Source: Thalia democratica
Taxonomy: Eukaryota
DNA length: 64,000 bases
Assembly (NCBI GenBank): GCA_965202585.1
Contig: OZ241831.1
Span: 2,790,001 to 2,854,000 of the forward strand
Reading direction: 5' to 3'
Position numbers and translations under genes: made by a program. The notes under the pieces are model-generated. The model was not told the origin of the DNA, searched no databases, and worked only from the letters and a program-made list of their open reading frames with translations. This document shows, in pieces, positions 39,255 to 50,062 of the stretch (position 1 is its first letter; each line of letters begins with the position of its first letter).

Positions 39255-39705
39255 TTAGCGCCACAAGTGTCAAAACAAACAACAGCAAGCATTGAAGAAC
39301 TCATTATTTCTTTAGTATCACTTATTTTATGATTGAATATCAATTATTCAAATATAGATTTTGTTACGTGTTTAACTAACTACTAAAAATTCGCTTCTTA
39401 GCATTGTTGAATTGTTCTAACACTTATATCAATTATTAAAACTCGAATTATTTTTAAGTTTAAACTGTACTAACATTCATGCTACTTTAAAATATAACTT
39501 AATACTATAACTAAAGCAGAGCTTTAATAAACATTTGGTTATATATAAAGTTATAAAAATTAATTTAAGCAAATAAGTAGAGTAATAGTTTCCTAGGCTT
39601 TTACAAACTTTTAAAACTTTTTGAAAAATATTAGTTATATAATATTAATTATTCATGAGTAACATTGAAAATGTTTTAGGTTGTAAAGTTAGTTTTTAAA
39701 TCAGT

Positions 39706-40824
39706 ATGAATTTCAATTCGTTTGATGTCAATCTTTTCAAAAAGCTTTGTGAAATCACTGATGAAAACGAAAACATTTTCTTTTCACCACTGAGCATTTC
39801 GCTTGCTCTTTCTATGCTACTTCTAGGTTCAAATGGAACAACCAAGCAGCAGATTGAAGAAGCACTAGGATTTGTAAAAGACGAAGAACTTCTTTCTAAG
39901 CTCAAAGCGTTAAATGATGTACTTAACTACGATTCTAATAGTTTAAAAGTTGAACTTGCTAACTCTGTATTTCCCTCAGAAACATTTATAATGGATGCAA
40001 AATACAAGAGTGATATGAAAACTGCTTTTAAATGCCAAATCCAATCTTTAGATTACAAAAACAATACAGACAAATCTAAAAATAAAATCAATGATTGGGT
40101 TGCACATTATACTAATGGAAAAATTAAAAACTTGTTTAGGAAATTGTTTCCTGAAACTTCATGTGTTCTAGTTAGTTGTATCTACTTCAAAGGTGATTGG
40201 TATAAAAAATTCGAACGTTGTAACACTTACAAATTATCATTCTATTGTACAGAAAACAAAACTTCTACTGTTAAAATGATGAGACGGGAAAGTTATTACT
40301 CTTACATTTCAGTTGATGAAAAAGGTTTCAAGTGTGTCAGAATTCCTTACAAGCAACCAGAATTTAGTATGCTGATAATTTTACCTGATGAAAAGTTTGG
40401 ATTGAAAAGTGTGATCGAAAAACTGGATGTTGATACTATTGAAAACCTCAAAGATGTTAACAAGTTCCATGATGAATATGTTTTGCTAACAATTCCAAAG
40501 CTCAAACTTGAGTATAAAACTAAATTGAACAAATGCTTAAATTTGTTGGGAGTAAAAGACGCTTTTGTCAGTGGTCTTGCAGATTTTAGTGCAATGTCCA
40601 CGCAATCCAGTGGACTATTTGTGTCCGAAGCAGTCCACAAAGCGTTTTTTGAGACGAATGAAAATGGAACTGAAGCTGCTGCTGCAACTGGATCAACTTC
40701 TGTTGACATTTGTATATTTTCATCAGAAGAAGAGTTAATACCCTTTACAGTTGATCATCCGTTTGTGTTGATGATTTTGTATAAAAATCAAACTTTGTTC
40801 ATGGGAAAAGTTACTTCGTTGTAA
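39706..40824 (+). CDS. Intracellular serpin, intact, 372 aa; RCL ENGTEAAAATGSTSVDICIFSSEEE
   Basis: Full ORF; TTTAG|GTTG acceptor upstream; AATAAA at 40920-40925. Confidence 0.95.
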   Translation: MNFNSFDVNLFKKLCEITDENENIFFSPLSISLALSMLLLGSNGTTKQQIEEALGFVKDEELLSKLKALNDVLNYDSNSLKVELANSVFPSETFIMDAKYKSDMKTAFKCQIQSLDYKNNTDKSKNKINDWVAHYTNGKIKNLFRKLFPETSCVLVSCIYFKGDWYKKFERCNTYKLSFYCTENKTSTVKMMRRESYYSYISVDEKGFKCVRIPYKQPEFSMLIILPDEKFGLKSVIEKLDVDTIENLKDVNKFHDEYVLLTIPKLKLEYKTKLNKCLNLLGVKDAFVSGLADFSAMSTQSSGLFVSEAVHKAFFETNENGTEAAAATGSTSVDICIFSSEEELIPFTVDHPFVLMILYKNQTLFMGKVTSL

Positions 40825-43024
40825 TGAAGTTTTAATCGATTGTTTTCGTTTGTACATCCTGTTTTATTCTTTTTTATAATGAAGTTTTGTTTGATGTTTG
40901 CATAGTTTTTGTTGAGTTTAATAAATATTAAGTTTGGTTGTGTAAATGTTGATTTTTGTTAAATAAATTGACATTTCTTAACAATTGTCTTATTTTGTAT
41001 ACAAACCAAATGGAAATAGCTATTTTTTTACAACTTAAAAGGGTTCAGCAGCAAGTAAATAGATTTCTACTCAGTTATATTTAAATACTTTTGAAATAGT
41101 GTGATAAGCAGGAATGTTTCAAAATTAATTGGAAATATTGATACGCAATACAAACAACTAGTGTCATAACTTTTTATGTAGTTCTAAGATTAAAATAATA
41201 TATGTTATGTATTTCTAATATGAACTGAATTTTTATGTAAAATTCAAAGTGATGTTACATTTAGTTAAGTAAAAAGTAATGATGAAAAATCATTAGTAGA
41301 CAAAGAAATTATCATGTTTAAACTAAGTTACATATGTTATTAACTAGTTAATGGTATATAGTTATTTTTTTGTAGTCTATAAGCGACACGTTAGAGATAA
41401 TAAACATACTATTACGATAATAACACGCTTAATTTGACTAGAACGTTTTACTATATATAATAATAACATTATTCAACTAAACAAATTACCTTAATATTTC
41501 CAAAAAATCCAAGTAAAATTAAGTAAATTTTTTAGATCACTGGCCGATATCATTTTATATTACTCGGGGAAGTTTTAAAATTTGCTAGATAATAGACGAA
41601 TTTTTTTTACGGGTCGCAATTATTTAAAACAGTTGTGGTAAACAAAAGGAAAAAAAATTAAACGAAATAATTGAAAATGAATTACTAGTAGTTAACAACT
41701 GATAAATTTACAACTTAATTGTAAATTTTAACTACAACAACTTTATTTTATTCTAGTATTTTTTTAGCTGAAAAGTACATCGTGGACAAAACATTTTAGT
41801 TTTTGGAAAATTCAGCACCTGGACCACTGGTTGTCATTTTCTTATCTGAATAGTTTAAAACAATTTCATATAATTTAAGCTAAATTTCAATACTCCCCAT
41901 AGATCTTCAAAAAATATAGTTGAGTAAGTTATATACTTCGAACAGCTTACAATAAGTTATTAGTAGTAGTTTAACAATAAATATAATTCACTTTGTAAAG
42001 CTTTATTTTTTAAATATTTATTTATAAGTATTTAGAAAACTGTATAAACAAATAACATGTGTAAACTCTGAAATAAATGAAAACTGACATAAGCTAACCA
42101 ACAAAGGACAATTATAACTAACAAAGAAGGTCATTTATAAAAAAAAATCAAAAGTTGCTTTGTTATTTTCATATACCAAGTTTTTGTCTACTATATTGGT
42201 TATTGTTATCATAAATGATTTAAGTTGTACTAAAAAAAATTTAAAGCGACGTACGATCTAATTATTTTTATAACTAAACTACACAACTTATATCAGAAGT
42301 TCTAAACTGCTAAACTAAAACCTTTTTAAATACATAAATAATCTCAAGAAATATCGTGGTCATTTTTGAAGATTTGAGTTTGAATAATTAACATTTTTAA
42401 ACATTGGTAATTAAATTAAATATTATTTACTCATTAAATTTATTAAAATTTTTAAGAACATTTTGTTTTAAACAACTTGATTTAGTTTAAACACATTTAT
42501 GGGTTAATAAACACCAGGCTCCAACCTGATTTCAAAGATAGAGTATCAAAGAAATTCATAAAACTATAATCTTAAATAATATGGTCACAATTTTTAGTGT
42601 AATTATACACTCGAATGCAAGTGAACTGCTTTAGCTGATGTTAATATTATTTTGTTTTATAAAAAATTGACTTAAAATCCTCGCAATAGCATCTTTAAAA
42701 CATGATCATTTTTTGTACAAAATTGTGTAGTTTAAAATACTATTCGCTTAACTTATTATAACATCATTTTAACAATTTAATAAAATTAATTATATCATAG
42801 TTGAAGTCAAAATTTAGTTTTTAACTCTTATATTAACTTTAAAGCTTTACATAAGTTATCAAGACATAAATTGTTTGTATTACGTATATTACATATCAAT
42901 ATCCATTTATTTTTTAGTTAACTGTTTAAGTTATCTTATTAACAAATTGCTGCGGAAACCTCGTACTGTACTTAATTTAAAAACCTTAAATTTAAAAAAT
43001 TAATTACTTTCACTTACAAAACAT

Positions 43025-43415
43025 GTTTTGTAATAATGATGTTTTTGTTTTTTTATAATGTTTAACTCTTTTATGCAACCCTTAATCTTTCTGAAGTCGC
43101 CTAAATCAATTTGTGTACCACTATAACCGCAAAATCACAAAGTTTGGCATCTAAACTGTTATGAATTTCAGTACTTTGTTATAGACCATAGAAAGTACCC
43201 CTATTAACTGCTTATTTATAGTGGTATACAAATTGGTTTAGGTAACTCCAGAATGATTAAGGGTTGCATTAAAGAGTTTAAACAACTTAAAAATGACAAA
43301 AACATCATTATCACAAATTCGGATAAAGGTTCTGGTGTTGTAGTTTAAATTCTTCACATTATGTTAGCAAAATGAAAAATATATTAAACGATTGCACCAA
43401 ATTGAAACATATAGG
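43025..43415 (+). mobile_element. PLE RT relic with inverted repeat; loop orientation A
   Basis: Paralogous to 18285-18675. Confidence 0.65.
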
Positions 43416-44093
43416 TTATGTTTTTGCAATGTTTATTGTCAGTGGTTAACAAGTAGAAGGTATAAGTCAAATTAAGCGTGTTATTATCATAATCGTATAT
43501 TTCATATCTTATACGCCATCTTACGTATCGCTAGTAGACTTCAATAAAATCATTATATATCGTTAACTAGTAAATACTATCAGTAAACTAATTTTTAAAA
43601 CATGATATTTCTTTATCTATTTGTGTTTTTTCATAATTACTTTCTACTCAAACAAATGTAGCATCAATTTAACATTTTGATAAAATTCATTATATACAAG
43701 TAATATAAAACGTATACTATTTTTATTCTTAGAGCTTCACACAATTTGTCATGATATTAGCTGTTTGTTTTGCGTATCAATATTAAATTAATTTTGAAAC
43801 GGTCCAGCTTATCACAATACTTCAAAATTATTTAGATGTAACTGAGTAGAATATCTATTTACTTGCTGCTGAACCCTTTTAAGTTGTAAAAAAATAGCTA
43901 TTTCCGTTTGATTTTTATACTAAACAAGATCATTGTTAAGATATCTTAATTTATTTAACAAAAATCAACATTTACACAACCAAACCTATTCTTTATTAAA
44001 CTCAACGAAAACCATGCATATCATCAAACACAACTTCATAATAAAAAAGAATATTACGGGATGTACAAAAGAAAACAATCGAATAAAACTTCA

Positions 44094-45211
44094 TTACAAA
44101 GAAGTTACTTTTCCAATGAACAAAGTTTGACTTTTGAACAAAATTATCAACACAAACGGATGATCAACTGTAAAGCGAATTGGCTCATTGACTGGTAAAA
44201 AACACAAATATAATTCTTAACTAATCCAGTTGCTGCTGCAGCTTCAGTTCCATTTTCATCTGTCTCAAAAAAGGCTTTGTGGACTGCTTCGGAGACATAA
44301 AGTCCACTTGATTGCGTGGACATTGCACTAAAGTCTGCAAGACCACTATCAAAAGCGTCTTTTACTCCCAACAAACGTAAGCAATCGTTCAATTTAGCCT
44401 CATATTCAAGTTTGAACTTTGGCATTCTCAACGAGATGTCTTTATCACAGTATTTATTAATATCTTTTAGGTTTTCAACAGTTTTAATGTCCAGTTTTTG
44501 GATCACACTTTTCAATCCAAATTTCTCATCAGGTAAAATTATCAGCATACTAAAATCTGGTTACTTGTAAGAAATTCTGACGCACTTGAACCCTTTTTCA
44601 TCAACTGAAACATACGGAAAGTCATTTCTCTTTATCATCATTTTAACAGTAGAAGTTTTATTTTCTGTACAATAGAATGGAGCTTCGTAGGTGTTATAAT
44701 GTTTGAACTTATCAAACCAATCACCTTTAAAGTAGATACAACTAACTAGAACACATACAGTTTCAGGAATCAATTTTTTAAACAAAACTTTAATTTTTCC
44801 ATTAGTACAACGTGCAACCCAATCATTGATTTTATTTTTAAATTTGTCTGCATTGTTGTTGTAGTCTAAAGACTGGATTTGACATTTGAAAGCAGTTTTC
44901 ATATCATTCTTGTATTTTGCATCCATTATAAATGTTTCTGAGGGAAAGACAGAGTTAGCAAGTTCAACTTTTAAACTATTAGAATCGTAGTTAAGTACAT
45001 CATTTAACGCTTTGAGCTTAGAAAGAAGTTCTTCATCTTTCACAAATCCTAGTGCTTCTTCAATCTGCTGCTTGGTTGTTCCATTTGAGCCTAGTAGTAG
45101 CATAGAAAGAGCAAGCGAAATGCTCAGTGGTGAAAAGAGAATGTTTTTGTTTTCATCAGTGATTTCACAGAGCTTTTCAAACAGATTGATATCAAACGAG
45201 TTGAAATTCAT
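44094..45211 (-). pseudogene. Full-length serpin with nonsense codon and 1-nt deletion; RCL class GLVKNYIC
   Basis: CAA>TAA at 44561-44563; 1 nt missing in the A-run at ~44196-44203 relative to 19353-20471 (length 1118 vs 1119). Confidence 0.88.
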
Positions 45212-45652
45212 ACTGATTTTAGACACTACAAACTTTACAAGCTGAAATATAATTCTATATTACTCATTGATAAACCATTATTAAACTATTGTGTGTAAAA
45301 TAGTTTTACAATTTGTAAAGCTTAAGAAATTTTTTAGTTGATTATAACTCCATGAGTTTAAATGCAAAATGTTTTGACTAACTTAAAAACGTTAGAACCA
45401 AATCTTTATCAGAGAAATTTTTAAAATACTACAAAATATTTTTGAGTAACATAATTAGAAATATATCTAGTTAGTCTTTCTAACCTGACCAAATTGTAAA
45501 GTAACTGAACTGCCTGTAAATACATTTTGATTACTAAACACGCGACAAATTCAAAATGCACAGCTAATAATAAAAAATAAAATAAGCGATATTAAACAAA
45601 TAATTATTTCTTTAATGCTTGTTACTGTTTGTTTTGACACTTGTGGCGCTAA

Positions 45653-45659
45653 TGAGTCA
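45653..45659. promoter_or_regulatory. AP-1-type site TGAGTCA
   Basis: 442 bp upstream of the ATG at 45211. Confidence 0.4.
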
Positions 45660-47889
45660 CTGTTTTTTAAAAGTAACTACTACCAACAGCAGATTAGTAT
45701 TTAAACAGAAAATAATTGTTAGGTTATTAATTCAATTTATTTTGACAATTAAATTAAAGCTAGAATTTAATAATAATAAACTTATTTAGAGTTATGGTAT
45801 GTAAGGTCTAGTTATTTTATTTATGAGCAGTTTTTATAAATCTTTTTTTTTAACTTATCTGACCAAAAGTTTGTTTAAGGTTTTGCAGTAAATTAGCTAC
45901 AGTTAACTTCATTAAGCCTTTTAAATTTTATAAGTTGCTTTTATTGTAGATATATAGTAATATAGTTTGGTTATTTATAGTTGCTATATATATGTATGTA
46001 TATACAAACTACAGTTGGTAATTGTACTTTTGAAAGTTTTAACATACATTAATAGGGGTAGTTTATTACTTTTGAAACGAAAACATAGATAAAGTAATAT
46101 AAAGTAGCAAAGAGTTTAAACAATTAAATGTTATTTATTTGATACTTTTCAAAAACAAGTATAGCTAATAAGCACACGTTATATTAATATCATTGAAATT
46201 ATTTTTAAAAAGTTTTAAGGCTTGTGTTTTGTTTAATAAATTTTTACAAAAAACGTATAAATATCAATTTAGCACAATTAAAATTTTAAAGTTCTATTAC
46301 CACTATGATATAAAACAATAACAACATTATTTAAACTAAACAAATTACCTTAATATTTCAAAAAAATCCAAGTAAAATTAAGTAATTTTCTAGATCATTG
46401 GCCGAAAGCATTTTATAATTTACGGGAAATATTACAAGCTGCTAGCGAGATGCACTTAATAGAAAATAAAATATTTTATGGGTCACAGTTATTGAAATAG
46501 ATGTCGTAAACAGTATAAAAAAAAACAATTTTAAACAAAAAAATCACAAAATAATTGAAAATGAATTACTAGTAGTTAACAACTGATAAATTTACAACCT
46601 AATTGTAAACTTTAACGACAAAAACTTTATTTTATTCTAGTATGTTTTTAGCTAAAAAGTACATTGTGGACCAAACATTTTAGTTTTTTGAAAATTAGGT
46701 GCCTGGACCTCTATTTGCCGTGTTCCGATCGGAATAGTTAATGTAATTTAATACTTACCCTAGATCTTCAAGGACTATAGTTGTAAAATTTTATACTTCG
46801 AATAGTTTATAATAAGTTGTCAGTAGTTGTTTAATACTGAAAAATTAGTTTACTTTGTTAAAGCTTTATTTTTATAATATTTATTTATGAGTATTTAGAA
46901 AACTGTTTAAACAAATAACATGTGTAAATTCTGAAATAAATGAAAACTTACAGAAGCTAACCAACAAAGGACAATTATAACTAACAAAGAAGGTCATTTA
47001 TAAAAAAAAAATAAAAATTGCTTTGTTATTTTCATATACCAAGTTTTTGTCTACTATATTGGTTATTGTTGTCATAAATGATTTAAGTTGTACTAAAAAA
47101 ATTTTAAAGCGACGTACGATCTAATCATTTTTATAACTAAACTACACAACTTATATCGGAAGTTCTAAACTGCTAAACTACAACTTTTTTAAATACATAT
47201 ATAATCTGAAGGAATATCGTGGTCATTTTTGAAGATTTGAGTTTGAATAGTTAACAATTTTAAACATTGGTAATTAAAATAAATATTCTTGTTCATTTGA
47301 TTTATTAAAATTTTGAGAACAGTTTGTTTTAAACAACTTGATTTACTTTAAACGCATTTAATGGTTAATAAACACCAGGCTCCAACCTGATTTCAAAGAC
47401 AGAATATCAAAGAAATTCATAAAACTATAATCTTAAATAAAATGGTTACAATTTGATAGAGTAATTATACACTCGAATGCAAGTGAACTGCTTTAGCTGA
47501 TGTTAATATTATTTTTTTATAAAAAATTGACTTAAATCCTCGCAATAGCATCTTAAAAACATGATCATTTTTTTGTATAAAATTGTGTTTTTAAAAAATA
47601 CTATTCGCTTAAATTATTATAACATCATTTTACAAGTTTAATAAAATTTATTATATCATAGTTGTATATAACATTTACTATTTTAATTCTTATAGCTTTA
47701 CATAAGTTATTAAGACATAAGTTGTTTCTATTACCTTTCAATATAAGCAAATAATTTTTAAAAATTACTGTTTAAGTTATCTTATTAACAAGTTTCTGCG
47801 GAAACCTCGTGCTGTTTTAAGATTTTTAAAACCTGAAGTAATAAAAATCAATTATTTACACTTCTAAAATCTGCTTTGTAAACGCTAAA

Positions 47890-48265
47890 AACAATATGAA
47901 AGTGACAAAAATATCATTAACTCTTTTATGCAACCTTTATTCATTCTGAAGTCACTTAAATCAATTTATGTACCAATTTAACTATGCAGTTAATAGTGGT
48001 ACTTTGTATAGTCTATAACTAAGTACTGAAACTCATCACAGTTTAGATGTCAAACTTTGTGATTTTGCGGTTATAGTGGTACACAAATTGATTTAGGTGA
48101 CTTTAGAATGGTTAAGCGTTGCATTAAAGAGTTTAAACATCTTAAAAATGACAAAAACATCATTGTCACAAAATTGGATTAAGGTTCTGGAGTTTAAATT
48201 TTTCAGATTATGTTAGTAAAATGGAAAATGTATTAATCGCTTGCACTAAATTCAAACATATAGGT
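47890..48265 (+). mobile_element. PLE RT relic with inverted repeat; loop orientation B
   Basis: ETHHSLDVKLCDFA / YSGTQIDLGDFRMVKRCIKEFKHLKNDKNIIVTKLD*GSGV. Confidence 0.7.
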
Positions 48266-48940
48266 TATGTTTTTGCAATATTTAATGTCAGTGGTTAACA
48301 TATTTAAGGTTCTAGTAAAACTAAGCGTGTTATTATCATAATCGTATGTTTTTATCTTATACGCCATCTTACGTATCACTAGTAGATTTCGATAAAATAA
48401 TTAGATATTGTTATCTAGTTACTATCAGTAACTTAAATTTTAAAACCTGATTGTTTCTTTATCTAATTGTGTTTTTTCATAATTACTTTTTAGTCAAACA
48501 ATGAAACATCAAATTAACTTTTACCTAAAATTCAGTATATACAAGTAATGTATAATGTATACTAATTTTATTCTTAAATTTTAGAACTTCACACAATTTG
48601 TCATGACATTAGCTGTTTGTATTGCGTAACAATATTACCAATTTTGAAAAGTTTCTGCTTATCACAATACTTCATAAGTATTTAAATGTAACTGAGCAGA
48701 ATATCTATTTACTTGCTGCTGAACCCTTTTAAATTGTAAAAAATTAACTATTTCCATTTGGTTTCATACTAAATAAAATCTTTGTAGAGAACCTTAAATT
48801 ATTAGAAAAAATTGACGTGTACACAACCAAACCTAACACTATTTATTTAACTCAAAAAAAACCATGCATAGCAACAAACACAACTTCAAAATAAAAAAGA
48901 ATAAGACAGAATGTACAATCGAAAACAATCGAATAAAACT

Positions 48941-50062
48941 TCAATACAACGAAGTAACTTTTCCCATGAACAAAGTTTGACTTTTGTGTAATATCATTAA
49001 CACAAACGGATGATCAATTGTGAAATGAATTGGCCCTTTGACTTGTATAGAAGCACAATATTTCCTACAAACTGATCTAGTTGCTGCTGCAGCTTCAGTT
49101 CCATTTTCGTTTGTCTCAATAAATGCTTTGTGGACTGCTTCGGACACAAATAGTCCACTTGATTGCGTGGACATTGCACTAAAGTCTGCAAGACCACTAT
49201 CAAAAGCGTCTTTTACTCCCAACAAACGTAAGCAATCGTTCAATTTAGCCTCATATTCAAGTTTGAACTTTGGCATTTTCAACAAGACATACTCACAATG
49301 GAATTTATTAATATCTTTGAGGTTTTCAATAGTTTCAACGTCCAGTTTTTTGATTACACTCTTTAGACCAAATTTCTCATCAGGTAAGATTATCAGCATA
49401 CTAAAATCTGGTTGCTTGTAAGGAATTCTGACACACTTGAACCCTTTCTCTTTAACTGAAATATAAGAGAGGAAACTTTCCCGTCTCATCATTTCAACAG
49501 CAGAAGTTTTATTTTCTGTACAATAGAATGGAGCTTTGTAGGTGTTACAACCTTTGAACTTGTTATACCAATCACCTTTGAAGTACATACAACTAACAAG
49601 AACACATGCAGTTTCAGGGTCCAATTCACTAAACAAGTCTTTAATTTTTCCATTAGTATAACGTGCAACCCAATCATTGATTTTAGTTTTTGATTTGTCT
49701 GCATTGTTCTTGTAGTCTAAAGATTGGATTTGGCATTTAAAAGCAGTTTTCATATCACTTCTGTACTTTGCAACCATCTGAAATGTTTCTGAGGGAAATA
49801 CAGAGTTAACAAGTTCAACTTTTAAACTATTGTAATCGTAGTTCAGTACAACATTTAACGCTTTGAGCTTAGAAAGAAGTTCTTCATCTTTCACAAATCC
49901 TAGTGCTTCTTCAATCTGCTGTTTGGTTGTTCCATTTGAGCCTAGAAGTAGCATAGAAAGAGCAAGCGAAATGCTCAGTGGTGAAAAGAAAATGTTTTCG
50001 TTTTCATCAGTGCTTTCACAGAGCTTTTCAAAGAGATTGACATCAAACGAGTTGAAATTCAT
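48941..50062 (-). CDS. Intracellular serpin, intact, 373 aa; RCL ENGTEAAAATRSVCRKYCASIQ
   Basis: Full ORF; C-terminus extended by one residue (SLY*). Confidence 0.95.
   Translation of the reverse strand: MNFNSFDVNLFEKLCESTDENENIFFSPLSISLALSMLLLGSNGTTKQQIEEALGFVKDEELLSKLKALNVVLNYDYNSLKVELVNSVFPSETFQMVAKYRSDMKTAFKCQIQSLDYKNNADKSKTKINDWVARYTNGKIKDLFSELDPETACVLVSCMYFKGDWYNKFKGCNTYKAPFYCTENKTSAVEMMRRESFLSYISVKEKGFKCVRIPYKQPDFSMLIILPDEKFGLKSVIKKLDVETIENLKDINKFHCEYVLLKMPKFKLEYEAKLNDCLRLLGVKDAFDSGLADFSAMSTQSSGLFVSEAVHKAFIETNENGTEAAAATRSVCRKYCASIQVKGPIHFTIDHPFVLMILHKSQTLFMGKVTSLY

Larger units (their letters stand above)
35370..44000. repeat. Segmental duplication shared with ~57690-64000 (continues past the window end)
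   Basis: Same order: exon-like relic, GC-rich repeat head, 28-bp array, plus serpin, spacer module; serpin ATGs are 20598 bp apart. Confidence 0.8.
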
